Below are positions 12,721 through 25,264 of a stretch of DNA of 64,000 bases, one piece after another. The stretch lies in assembly GCF_006345805.1 (NCBI RefSeq), contig NC_043007.1, forward strand, positions 69,936,001 through 70,000,000. The letters run 5' to 3'. Below the pieces are notes generated by a model that saw nothing but the letters and a program-made list of their open reading frames with translations, ran no database searches and was not told where the DNA came from. A program made the translations under genes and the position numbers. Position 1 is the first letter of the stretch. The number at the start of each line of letters is the position of its first letter. The DNA comes from Octopus sinensis. Lineage: Eukaryota.

Positions 12721-12904
12721 CATAATACATAACACTACTAATCTTTCAATTAATACCACTAACCCCCATACATCCCATACACCATTCATATTACAGATTT
12801 ATATCTACCCTAATTGCACCAAATCCAGAACTACTTGCCTCCCTTACACATAATCGTTATACTCAGGAACTAGTAGACTTGACATCGTTCATTAATCGGT
12901 GTGC

Positions 12905-12952
12905 ATTCAAAGCAATGAGTAGTAAATTCACGAAACCGGTATGCTTTTGAAT
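12905..12952 (+). ncRNA. Decayed type I hammerhead motif in the Penelope 3' pseudo-LTR
   Basis: ATTCAAAGCA-[CTG missing]ATGA-GT..AC-GAAA-CCGG-TA-TGCTTTTGAAT; stem I and palindromic ACCGGT are intact but the core is 3 nt short. Confidence 0.55.
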
Positions 12953-13094
12953 CTCTTTAACAATTCACAATAATGATTTTTATTACTTTTATTCCTACCT
13001 CAGTTCATCTAATTGTATATATCTATCGCTACTTTTTTTGATTTCCAATGTGCATTTTCGCTTATTTTTCTTCTTACTTTCTCATATATATATA

Positions 13095-13169
<75 letters not shown>

Positions 13170-14827
13170 CATATATGTATACATACATATATATGTGTGT
13201 GTGTACACACACACACACATATAGTTGAAAAGGGGTCAAGAGCCCATACAAATCAAAAATTATGGTTAAAAATGTATATATAAAGCACGTAGTCTGGTGT
13301 TTGACAATATTGATATAAATACGTGGATATCTTTGTGCATATATGTAACAATTATATCACGGAAGAGCTAGAGTATTAACCATTAGAAAACATACAAAGC
13401 CTGTTGCATCTCCTTTTGTATATTTCTGAATCGTATCGTTTATTATGAAGAGGAGACAAAAAATATCTCCATCGTAATTCTGTAACATGGTCACTGAAAT
13501 CACAATTCTACTAAATTTGTTGAAGAACACTTAGTAACCAATTCTTTGTATGTTTCGTGTTGCTAGCTATTTTTTTTCTTATTTCCGATGTCTGATGGCG
13601 TCTTTTATTAGTTGAAGAATAATGTTTGTGATATTTATATACGAGATAAATGACTTTATGTAGCTTATGAAACTTCACCTGTGTTGCTATATAACATGTC
13701 CAACTGATTGCAGTGTAAATAGAGATACATTATCTCCTATATTGTAGTTGTGGCAATTTTCCCTCGTTGATTGCACCGTCGTTTAAAGAAAATTTTAGCC
13801 TCATAAAATGACTTTTATGCTATTACTGTATTATCTATTGCTTTATTATTGTTTTGTGTTCTTTTTTGTCAAGGATTATTGTTTTGTGTGAAGTGTTGGT
13901 GTTTTTAATACATTCTGTACATAGATATAATGCTTGGGAAGAAGGGAATAACAGGTTTGCATAAAGAAGTTGTGCGTATGTGTGTATGTGTATATGTGAA
14001 AGAGACGGGAAGAGAGAGAGAGAAGGAGAGGAAGAGAGAGAGAGAGAGAGAAGGAAAGGAAGAGAGAGTTCTATGGCTTTTTGGATTTTTGTTGTGGTTC
14101 TTGTTTTTGTTTCTGTAACGCTAGGAATTTATCCGAAGTTTTTGTGAATGGTGATATTTGTATTTGCGCAAGTAGATTGCAAAACTTATTTTTAGAATTA
14201 TTTTGAGTTTTTTTTGCGTTTGGTTGTTGCTTTTTAACTTTCTGATGGTGTCTGCATAAGGAAAAAATATTTCCCTGCCACAAATCTATTGTCCAGCGAC
14301 GTCCAGCTCATCTTCTTTTTAAGGTGGTTTGGCCGCTGTCAAAGAACTGTAAGGAGGTTTCCTTTGTTGGTTTGTCAATGTTTTGTTCATAAGAAAATGT
14401 TGAATATTTCGTAAATAATGAGATAGTGAACAATTTGGTTGAAAGCTTTGCGATGTTGATACTTCTCAGAAAGATGCTGGTTGGAGGTAATTTTGCTAAT
14501 AAGCTATCATGTACTTGTGTAAGCTTTGAGAGTTGTCTGATGGTCGACGGCAGCAGTGTGGATTTGTGTAATGAGGAAGGTGAAATGTATGGCTTTCTGA
14601 AAATTATAAAGTATACATCGAATGGTGACGAGTCTGTCTGATGCTACTTCATTTTAGCTTTTGTAGAGAATTGTGGGTCACATAATTGCGGTGAATTTTT
14701 AATTACATAAAGATCAGGTTAATGTAAATTCGAAATAATTTTTATTGAGTTCAAAACTTCTGGTGAAACTAGTTCCATCAAGAGAGTGAATCAAAGTTTT
14801 CAGAATTCAACAACACCACAATCTGCT

Positions 14828-15046
14828 TCTTTATTACCCACAAGGGGCTAAACATAGAGGGGACAAACAAAGGGATTAAGTCGATTACATCGATCCCAGT
14901 GCGTAACTGGTACTTAATTTATCGACCCCGAAAGGATGAAAGGCAAAGTCGACCTCGGCGGAATTTGAACTCAGAACGTAACGGCAGACGAAATACGGCT
15001 ACGCATTTCGCCCGGCATGCTAACGGTTCTGCCTGCTCGCCGCCTT
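14828..15046 (-). mobile_element. SINE family A, full length
   Basis: Reverse complement of the 3633 unit. Confidence 0.9.
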
Positions 15047-15168
15047 ATTTAACAACACCACAATCACTAACATTAGGAACCATTCTTATGCATAGTTTTG
15101 TTTACTTTACAATGCTGTCTAGGTGTGCTACAAATACTGTAGGAAATATAACTTGCAGTATTTTAGCC

Positions 15169-15199
<31 letters not shown>

Positions 15200-15619
15200 T
15201 ATCTTTATGTTATCGAGTGCGACAATTCAGATTCAGTCTACCTAAGCACTTCATCCAGATAATTATGTACCGTATATGATGACTGTCATGTAACTGTTTG
15301 CTACACGTTCATTGTTGTCATCAAAGAAATTGTAGAGAAAGCTTTCAATAAAATAATTGTACATGCAATAAAAAAATATCGCACAAAGCAACATAAAACA
15401 ATACAAATGCAGTTATGCATAAGACGCAGAAAACCTAATAATAATAAAAAAAGCAAACCTAATAAAAAGGGACAACCTGAAACATAACATTCTAGAACCA
15501 TACAATAACTGCATTTAACAGTCAACAACTAAACGAGGAAATAAACGAAAGAAAAGCAGACAATCGCCAAACATTTCTATCCAAAATAAATCCCAAACAA
15601 GCAGAAAACATGACGGGAA

Positions 15620-15661
15620 ATAATAATAATAATAATATAATAATAATAAAATAATAATATA

Positions 15662-15693
<32 letters not shown>

Positions 15694-15744
15694 TAATAAT
15701 AATAATATAATAATAATGATAATAATAATAATAATAATAATAAT

Positions 15745-15795
<51 letters not shown>

Positions 15796-15883
15796 TGATG
15801 ATGATAATAATAATAATAATAATAATAATAATATAATAATAATATAATAATAAATAATAATAATGATAATAATAATAATAATA

Positions 15884-15927
<44 letters not shown>

Positions 15928-15939
15928 ATAATAATAATA

Positions 15940-16027
<88 letters not shown>

Positions 16028-16084
16028 TAATAATAATAATAATAATAATAATATAATAATAATAATAATAAAATAATAATAATA

Positions 16085-16134
<50 letters not shown>

Positions 16135-16145
16135 TAATAATATAT
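15620..16145. repeat. Long imperfect (AAT)n microsatellite (~520 bp)
   Basis: Directly visible; explains ORFs 15515..16168 and 15981..16175. Confidence 0.97.
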
Positions 16146-16270
16146 AAAGATTTCTTTATTAACCACAAGAAACATTATGGATAGAACAGGTCAAAACAAA
16201 GAATGTGTTTGTACGTGTGTGAGTGTGTGTTGTTGTGAGGGTTTTGCGTGTAAACGAGACTAACAAAATT
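16145..16270 (-). mobile_element. Probable 3' UTR end of a Tx1-like LINE
   Basis: Similar to 50730-50885 and to the 3' end of the LINE at 26313-26400. Confidence 0.5.
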
Positions 16271-16625
16271 ATTTTAAAAAGGAAAGAAAAAGAAAACAAC
16301 AGCAATAACAACAGTAATAATCATCATCATCAGTATAAACAACAATAGCCAGCACACACCGTGTCACCATTATAACTGCAAAACAAGTTTTGAAAATCGA
16401 CCACCAAAGACTGACAAAACAAAAAGACATGAACACAAGGAGGAAAAATAGGCATATTCCTTAAGACAATAGATTCAACCGTTTCCTTCCAACAGACGAG
16501 AGAAAAAGCAATAAAGAAATTCTTAAAAACTTTAAAGACTCAGAATTTCAGAAAATGATAAATATCCACCTGAAATACCTGGGGCGAGGAATATTCTTTG
16601 AAATTGAGTTTTTAGTAGTAGAAGT

Positions 16626-16669
<44 letters not shown>

Positions 16670-17489
16670 TAGTAGAACAGAAGCAATAGCAGCACTAATT
16701 GTAGCAGTTGCAACACTTTTAGTTGCTTCCGTTGATATTTACAAAAGTTTTAAGAAAAGGATGAGGAAGTAGGAATTAATTATTTAGTTTGTTATTGTGT
16801 GTATTCATTAACGTTGATTGAAAGGCTCACTGAGCAGCACTTATTTCCTGAAATTTGCTTAGAATACGAAAAAAAAAAAAAATCATTGAATATACAGATC
16901 AGCGTTGAATTTTCTGATAATTTCATTGTTTTCAACAGGCTGATCGATGAACACATCAACGAAATTACACTTTCTGATGTCTTCACAAATCATTTTTTAA
17001 ACAATTACTTCTTATTTAGCTTTCAAACACGAAACTTTAGTACTGACACCCTAATTTTACTTTGCCAAATGCAGTTGCTAACACATTGAATGGTTTATAA
17101 AGACTTACAGGTTTGTGATTGTACCGAAACAGAATCGAAATTTATTGTTCATGTTTAGATTTGTTATTTGATAATTGTTCGTGACAAAGCGATGCTCCTA
17201 ATCAAACAACCTAAATCTATTTACTGCGTCATTAGATCCGTCAGCTTTCTAAATTGCTTGACAAGATCAGTTTCATTGTTAACAAAACGGTAAACATTCC
17301 TAAGAATTTATGTTAGCCTTAATGATAAATAGCTAGAATATCTCAGGAAAAGGAAAGCCAAGTAAACGTCTGTTAAGTAGAAGTGTATTTATCCACGTGA
17401 AAATATTTTTGCTTTTTTTTTTGTATTTCATGATTATCCTGGAACCACAGATGATTCGAGTATATGTGATGGTGGTGGTGATAGTCATG

Positions 17490-17636
17490 TTTGCATCTCT
17501 TCTGGCACTCATCTTTTGTCTTCAAGTTGTTCCCTCCTCCCCACCAGACAAAACCTTGTTCGTACACATCTGCCACCAGATAATAGGTCTATAATAACAT
17601 CCTTCAAGTCTTCAGGTTTGATCTTGGAAAGCATTG
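17490..17636 (-). pseudogene. Probable decayed Kunitz/BPTI-type protease inhibitor or toxin domain
   Basis: One frame gives FVWWGGGNNLKTKDECQKRC (cf. Kunitz FxYGGCxGNxNNFxTxxECxxxC). Upstream QC..KPE..GC..YY..GRC pieces appear only with several frameshifts. Confidence 0.5.
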
Positions 17637-17699
17637 TTTATCTGACTATTACAATATTTTTTTTTGGTTCTCCACCCGAACGTCGGACACAGATTTTCA

Positions 17700-17960
17700 G
17701 GTCCGTCCTAAACATGATAGCAACTCTTCGACATAACTCCGCAAGTCAGCAATGTTCGAGTATTGGACGAGTGCGTGCAGAACAGTTTCGTCATTCTGCG
17801 AACATATCGGACTGGCTCTGCTGACGGATTATCACTAACTGGTAGTGCCCCCGCAGTACTGCCAGGCTAGGGATTTCTGAAAATTATCCATGGGTTCAGA
17901 TCCGAAAGTCCTCTGGAACAAGCTAACCAGTTGGCTTTCATCGACGATTCCTAATTTCAA
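17700..17960 (-). mobile_element. L1-Tx1-like LINE fragment (C-terminal zinc-knuckle region)
   Basis: DNFQKSLAWQ and PICSQNDETVLHALVQ..ADLRSYVEELL, as in the 26953..27210 ORF. Confidence 0.75.
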
Positions 17961-19491
17961 CTTCAGCTAATATAACCAATTGTATTCTGTAAAACTCAGG
18001 TTCGGAATTTGCGGTTCATGATCCTTTCCTTTAGGATCTTACTCTATAAACTGGCTTAATTTGTTTATATTCACTTGAATATTCACAATTATATATAATC
18101 TAATTTTATCTACAATAGTTTTGAGGTTTATTTAGTAAAGTCCTGAATCTTTTCCCTTTGAACGGCAGATCGAGAAATTAATTTTTTTAATTAAACACTT
18201 TCAAACTTCGGACACTGGTAGGATGTGTCTTATAAAACATCTTTTACTCTTAGTGTTGTTGAGAAAAGTTTGTATTTTCAAAGTTATTACGTGTTAAAGT
18301 TGTCGTATTTCGGTAATTTCAACCAATCAATGACGTGTATTTAGCTGAATAAAATTACTGCCGTTGTTTATCAAAAACTATCGGCTTCCTTGGCTCACTA
18401 TATATTTATATATTTTATTCTTTATATTTTAAATTTGTTCTATATAATAATTACAAAGCCGGGTATAACAGTTATATACACAATATATAATATCGTGTAT
18501 TTAATTATCGTCGGTAGTTTTAGATACAGTAAACTTGAAATTTAGAAAAATATATAAGAAAAATAAATAACAAAAAGGCGCAACGCAATTAGCTTATCTA
18601 TAGCATAAACTAGTCAAACGAGAGTTCGTCTTGGTGATGTTTCATTCTCTTAGAAATAGCAGTAATATCCAAATATTGCTGCCTTAGAAAAGGAAAAAAA
18701 AACATATTAGACATGTGGTCCATAAAAAGGGACGTAATGGTTACAGCTGGAAAGCTGACTTGCTGGTTTGAGTAGGGTTGAACAACAGCAACATATTCAC
18801 ATGCTACGTTTACTTTTGATTTGCGTATGTTGATTGATTCAGTGACCTGTTGTAGTATCGGATTCTAAATTCATCGTCGTTTTAATGCAAGCTTTGGTGA
18901 GCTGTATTCTCCTTAGGATTGGTTTACACTTTCAGTTGGGTTCATATTATCTTTAGAAAAATGAATATTAGGGTTTCGAAATGTGTAGCCGGTCACGTTA
19001 TCATGAAAAGTTAATGGTTATTTCATGTTTTGAAATGCATTTGAGATTTAACAAAAGAAATGTCAGTAAGATATTTTATAACATTTTATTTGTATTTTAA
19101 GACGAACAAAGCCAAATATTTTACGTTAATGTATGAACAACAAATGCATATATAATTGCGCACACTCTCCCACACACGCATACGAATAATCAAGTGCTCA
19201 TGCACATTACGAGTGAATACGCATGTACACATTATAAATGTATTTGTATTTTTCTTTGGAATATTAAAACTTCTTGTTTGCATTTGCAGAGTTCTTGCTG
19301 GTTATGAATAAAGTGGCAAGGTTCTTTTGTGCTTTTGTGGGAGGACGGTGCGTATGTGTAATCGTATTGTATGTGAAAGAACAGTATGGGAGGGAGGAGG
19401 ATGTGACAGGCACGAATGTGAGGTGAAATGGAAGATAAGAGAAAAGTGATATTTAAAGAATAAATGATGAAAAATGAAAAAAAAAACGCGA

Positions 19492-19922
19492 TGTATTTCG
19501 GGATGGTCATTATTTTTGTTTGTTTGCCAAATAAACACAAGCACTATATATTCGTACTTCACTCGTTTACTATTATTCTTATCCTAACTCATGTTCATTG
19601 TCCGGAAATCTTCCGTCACACATCTGTGACCTTTCCAGCCACATTTTCTGTCTTCGTGTATGCTCTTACCCCGCTTATTCCGTTCTGTTCTTCTCTTATT
19701 TCATTCCGTTCTTCTATAGAAGAAAAGAATGGAATAAGCGGAGCAAGAACACACACGAAGACAGAAAGTGTCGCTGAAGAGGTCACAGATGTGTGACGAA
19801 AGATTTCCGGATAATGGACATGAGTTAGAATAAGAACAGTAATAAACGAGTAAAGAACGAATAATATATTGCTTATGTTTATTTGGCAAAAAAAGAAAAA
19901 AACCCGACCATCTTGAAATACA
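19492..19922. mobile_element. ~430-bp imperfect palindrome of a hammerhead-bearing repeat (head-to-head)
   Basis: 19492-19686 is the reverse complement of 19726-19922; the ORFs 19464..19796(+) and 19616..19978(-) share peptides for this reason. Confidence 0.85.
19768..19812 (+). ncRNA. Minimal type I hammerhead-like motif with canonical CUGAAGA core
   Basis: CTGAAGA-G-GTCAC(AGATGT)GTGAC-GAAA-GATTT-CCGG. Stem I is partly eroded; a mutated mirror copy lies at 19601-19645(-). Confidence 0.6.
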
Positions 19923-20159
19923 ACAATATCTGTTCCAACACACGGTTTCACATCAGGAATCTTGCAACACAAATTCATAAACGTATAAATAGTTAATAAT
20001 ATTTTTAAAATAGTAAAATATTAACACTAGGGAAAAGCCTGGAAAGTATATAACAGGTACAATATTCGGAGAAAGTATAAAATAAAGATAAAAAATAAAC
20101 GTGTAAGAGAAGGCCGTTGACGGGGGCACAGACTGAACGACAAAAGAAAAAACAGAAGG

Positions 20160-20315
20160 AGAAATCCATTATTTACATTATTTACAATCGACGGATATTT
20201 GTCCTCATCTTGTTTGTTGTTAACACAACGTTTCGGCTGATATACCCACCAGCCTTCATCAGGTGTCTGGGGGAAATTTCGAAACTGGGTTCTCATTCCT
20301 AAGGTATTTTTCGAT
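20160..20315 (-). mobile_element. Short PLE pseudo-LTR-like repeat with an intact hammerhead
   Basis: Non-coding segment after the (AAT)n tract, containing the motif at 20222-20267. Confidence 0.65.
20222..20267 (-). ncRNA. Minimal type I hammerhead ribozyme, canonical core
   Basis: GACAC-CTGATGA-A-GGCTG(GTGGGTATAT)CAGCC-GAAA-CG-TT-GTGTT; palindromic AACGTT stem III. Confidence 0.8.
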
Positions 20316-20329
20316 GTTGTTGTTGTTGC

Positions 20330-20449
<120 letters not shown>

Positions 20450-20454
20450 TATTA

Positions 20455-21475
20455 AAATAAAGTTTGAAAAAGTGGTAGTCGGTAGGAGAAAGGTCTGGGG
20501 GACAAGCTGGGTGAGGAAGAACTTCGTAGCCAAGTTCCCTCAACATCTGGAGAGTCATTAGTGAAACGCGTGGTCGAGCATTGTCATGGAGAATGATTGG
20601 TCCTCTTCTGTTGACCAGTCTGGGACGGAGGAGTAGCAGTTTTCCCTTCGTTTTGGCAATTTCATGGCAATGTATTTCTGCAGTAATGGATTTTCCGGGT
20701 TTTAAGAAGTTATAGTGGATGAATCCAGTAGTACACCACCAAACAGTCATCATAACCTTCTTTTTGAAGAGCTCGGGTTTAGGGAAGGTTTTCGGTGCTT
20801 CATTTTGTTCCAACCACTGCGAAGAACATTTTTTATTATTGTACAGAATCCACTTTTCATTGCATGTTACAATACGGTCGAGAAATGGATCGGTCTGGTT
20901 ACAGAGAAGAAGCGACGAGCAAATTTCATATCTGCGCGTTTTCTGCTTTTCATTTGTCGAGCTTTTTGATCTTCCGATAGCATGCAAATGGTTGCAGGCA
21001 GTTTTCTGGCTAACTTGAAGTTCTTTTGCCAGTTCTCGAGTGGTTTTACGTGGATCTTTCTCAATGACAGTCTTTAATTGACCGTCATCGATGACAGATG
21101 GGCGTCCACTACACTCACCATCTTCAAGGCTCAGGTCTCTACTGGGAAATCATTTAAACCATTTTCAAACTGATCACTCACTGAACATTTCCTCACCAAA
21201 TGTTTTGTATCGTGAGCAGTTTCAGCTGCTTACGTCCTTTTTTGAAGTTGAATAGCAAAATTGCTCGAATATCGCGCTTTGACAGTTCCATTTCAGATGA
21301 TTGTAACAACGGTGAAAAAAATATCAATGTTAATTTATTGATGCATTTGGGAAAGTCTATGTCTATATTATCACTCAATTGCAAACAATGCTTTTAAAAA
21401 ATTCAAAACTCTGCAAAAATCCGGTACAAATTCTTCATGGTTCCAAACGTTGCTTACTTTTTACTCAACCTGATA
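20455..21475 (-). mobile_element. Mariner transposon, degenerate, 3' end lost
   Basis: IVTCNEKWILYNN, MMTVWW, LHDNARPR, HPACPPDLSPTDYHFF; N-terminus MELSKRDIRAILLFNFKKG; 5' TIR-like TATCAGGTTGAGT. Confidence 0.88.
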
Positions 21476-23312
21476 TATAAATTCATGTACTGAGTACTTC
21501 TTCCCCACCTATGTAAATATTAACATGAAGTAACATGACAATATAGAAACAAAAAGTTTCAGAAAAGCATAAAAAAATTGATTAGTTACCGAAATTTGAT
21601 TGACCTCGAAAAAACATTACAAAATACGTCACATATTCCCCTATGCCATTGTAATACGCTGAGCATCTATTCATCTGTTTGGCATGCCAAAGACGTAAAA
21701 TATTTTCATGTTTTCTGTATCGTATGTGTAAAGCATAAGAAAGAAAGGACGTTGAACGTTGATGAATAACTGAAAATTATGCAACCATCTTTCAGGGTAC
21801 AGAAGATCCATTAAGTTGGGAAGAAACTACTTTAGCCCGTTGGGAGTTGACGATTTCTCAATCAATATCTATAGGAGTGTCACAAGAGTTCACAAATTCC
21901 TACTTTATTTCCAGGATTGCCAAAGGCTGTAATACGATGCGATACTTAACGAAATAAAAATAAAATAACTCCTGATTTTATTATTCTGCAGCGGATGTGT
22001 TATATAACAGACCATAATATTCGGGTCGATGTCCTACAATAGACTGCATTATATATGCTTGAAAATACTTTCGATTTTACGATAATTCTTTATGAATTAA
22101 ACAATGGCCAGTGGGTGTCTGACATTGGTTTGAGAAATTGAGTTTAGGCCTTTGGATTGTCTACAAGATTTTTGGTAAATTGTTAGGTACAGTTCTTCGC
22201 CTATCCATAGAGGTTTATGTTCGATGTGTAAATAGGAACGAAACAGTGTATCGATGTGAAAATTGCTTCGTTTGTTTTGCAATGTTGTGTTAAAATATTC
22301 CACAACTGTACAACTGCCATTATAGTCAAATTGACGCCGAAAAACGGTTTGAAGAAATCGTTTCCAGTAGCTGAGTTTTGAATCTGGAAGTTCATAAATC
22401 TTACATAAAGATTGTTTGACTGTTGTCCTACTATATTTCTTAGTGATACACTTGTTTTAAGCTGTTTCTTAAGATTTATTACATATGAATAAAGTTCGAT
22501 TCTCTTCTGTGTAAACTTATGGAGACAGTCTATGACTGTACAGTAAGTAAGTTAGCTGAGCAATTATTTTCTGTCTTTTAAAAGATGGATTTGGAAAGTG
22601 CTGACTTGAGGCTAAACAATAACTTAGACGAGCGCCACAGGCACGATATAAATACTCAGTTTAGATTAGGGATATAGCCACATTGTCTCGCTTCTCTTTG
22701 TTACTAATGATAGAAGAGACAAGTAATGAACGTCACAACATCTTGTCATGTCTTAATTAGATTTAACTCTCATATCAACGGTTTATTTACTCATTGTTTG
22801 TTTGTTTAGAATGCAGCGTAACAAAAATTCTTCTCGGTCCTAATAAACATATGATATATGAAGCGTTTTATTTCACAAATAAAATGCATATAAGCAATTC
22901 CACTTGAAAAACGAAGCAATAAATTATATCAAGGTATATGAGATCTGTCAAATATAGGGAGAAAGCTCGAAATATTCATAACACTTGGAGAATAATGATA
23001 AATTATTTAGCATCGTATCGGTTCTATTATACTGTATTCAGTGATATCATGGCGAGATATTAAAGATTACTGACATATATTGTTGCTGTTGAAATGTAGG
23101 ATAAATGATATCACCTGGGAAATGAAATGATGTCATTGTGACTGAAGATTTATCTTAATTTAGAATGACTAACTGAAAGCACAAGGAATAAAGAATAAAC
23201 AAAACAAAATATAGATAGCTTTTCCCATGTATATTATATATATAAGTGTGTGTATATATATATGTGTATATATATATATAAGCATATATGTATGTATATA
23301 TATATATATATA

Positions 23313-23378
<66 letters not shown>

Positions 23379-23396
23379 TATATATATATATATATA

Positions 23397-24662
23397 TCAG
23401 GTCAGCCCATAAGTTCTGTCCGAATTTTTAATAAAGAAAACAAATGACCAAATGTTATTTAATTGAAATTTAATCATCAATGTACTTTCCCCGATTATCT
23501 ACGACTTCCTTCGATCTATTTACAAGCTTTTAAATCCCGTCAATTTAAAACTCTTTTGGCTTCAAAGCGAACTCTGAAATGTCAGTTTCGATCTCCTCCT
23601 GGCTCGCGAAAGTTATGTCCCCCAAATGATTCTGAAAACTACGAAACAAATAGTAGTCTGAAGGAGCAAGGTCAGGAGAATAAGGTGGATGAGGAACTCT
23701 TTCCAACCAAGCTCTTCGATCTTCTGTGATGTGATCTTTGCAGTGTGGGGTTGCGCATTTTTCTGATGAAACATCACTTCTTTTCGATTCACTAAAGCGA
23801 GTCGTTTTTTCTTCACGGCTTGGTTCAAACGCTTTAATTGCTGACAATAGACTTGAGCATTGATTGTTTCATTAGGTGATAACAATTCAAAGTGAATTAC
23901 TCCTTTGCAATCCCACAAGATAGACAGAGCCTTTTTTCCATGAAGTTCCCTTCTCGGTGGTGGATGAGCTTTTTCCCTTTTACCAAGCTACTTTTTACGA
24001 CGTTTAACATTTCGATAGAAGATTCATTTTTCGTCACTAGTCACAAGTCTATCCAAAAAGGTTGAAATGAGTTCGCGAAAATGGAGAGAAGAGCAGATGT
24101 CAAATCAGGATTTGCGGTTGTTTTCGGACAATTCATGAGGCACCAATTTTCCAAGTTTAGGAACCTTTCCAAGTTGTTGAAGATGACGATGAACAGTTGA
24201 ATGGTTTGAACTAAGCTTTATTATCAATTCTTCAACTGATAATGCATGATTTTCTTCAAGTAATGCCTCAAAAAGCTTATCATCAAACTCAACTGGATGT
24301 CCTGTTTGATCTTCATCTTCAAGGCTGAAATCTCCACTTCTGAATTTTGCAAACTCTCTTCTGCAAGTTCTTTCATTCAAGCATTCTTTCCCATAAACTG
24401 AGTATATGTTTCGAGTTGCTTCGGCTGCAGAGTTTCCTTTTTTTGTACTCATAAAGCATTATGTACCTCAAATGCTCTTTGGATACTTCCATGTTAGAAA
24501 GGGTTTTAATCAAAGAAATTTTGATTCTATTATCCTGTGAAATAATATTTAATTAGTTTAAGTGTATAAAAAATGCATAAAAATAATTTCTAATTTCATT
24601 AGACATTCTAAAATACTATCATAAAAAAGGTAAAATCGGACAGAACTTATAGGATGACCTGA
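23397..24662 (-). mobile_element. Full-length mariner transposon with TIRs and TA target duplications; transposase frameshifted
   Basis: TIR TCAGGTCA(G/T)CC(C/T)ATAAGTTCTGTCCGA at both ends; SAAEATRNI, WDCKGVIHFELL, HPPYSPDLAPSDYYLF. Confidence 0.95.
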
Positions 24663-24669
24663 TATATAT

Positions 24670-24812
24670 AACAATTGCAGCGTGGAAGGTGTTTATAAGC
24701 CATTTAAAACACACAAAAACTGTTAGATTCGCTTCATCATTTAAATTTGATTTGTCAAAATATCTTCGTCGCTTTGAGACCGCGACCTGTTCACTGATAA
24801 AATTCCGTGCAG
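24670..24812 (-). mobile_element. Second copy of the G3-C8 hammerhead-bearing repeat
   Basis: Homologous to 6775-6915. Confidence 0.75.
24751..24801 (-). ncRNA. Hammerhead-like motif with GUGAACA core (partly mutated copy)
   Basis: TTTATCA-GTGAACA-G-GTCGC(GGTCTCAAA)GCGAC-GAAG-ATAT-TT-TGACAAA. Confidence 0.55.
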
Positions 24813-25264
24813 CACGGTATTGCGAGACTGAAACCGATAGATTACACAGAATTGAGGCAGAAATTATTGAGGTGTAATTCTAAATGACAACGACAACGAC
24901 GACGGACACCACCACCACTACCACCACCACCACCACCGCCCCCGGCCACCGCCACCGCCATCACCACCGCCGCCACCACCACCATCATCAGCACCACCAC
25001 CACCATCAGCACCACCACCATCACCACCACCACCACCACTACCACCACCACCAAGAGGAATACCAAGAGTGTTTCTGTTTCTTCTCACGGTACATCGACA
25101 TAAATCTTTATCGCTTTTATTTCCGCCCAACTATAGATATCTTATAAACAAACTCATTTATTAACGTTCATGAGAAGTCACAACCAATTTCTTGAAGTTG
25201 CATACTTGCAATAGGCAAATATATCTTCACAAACTTCTAACCCTCTTTAATGTTGAAGCTACCA

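Larger units (their letters stand above)
11230..13010 (+). mobile_element. Penelope-like retroelement, 5'-truncated, with 3' pseudo-LTR
   Basis: RT and GIY-YIG coding remnant followed by a non-coding tail with a decayed hammerhead. Confidence 0.92.

Noticed and set aside
16940-17089. Possible terminal exon after TTTTCAACAG
   Set aside because: No recognisable protein similarity and no partner exons.
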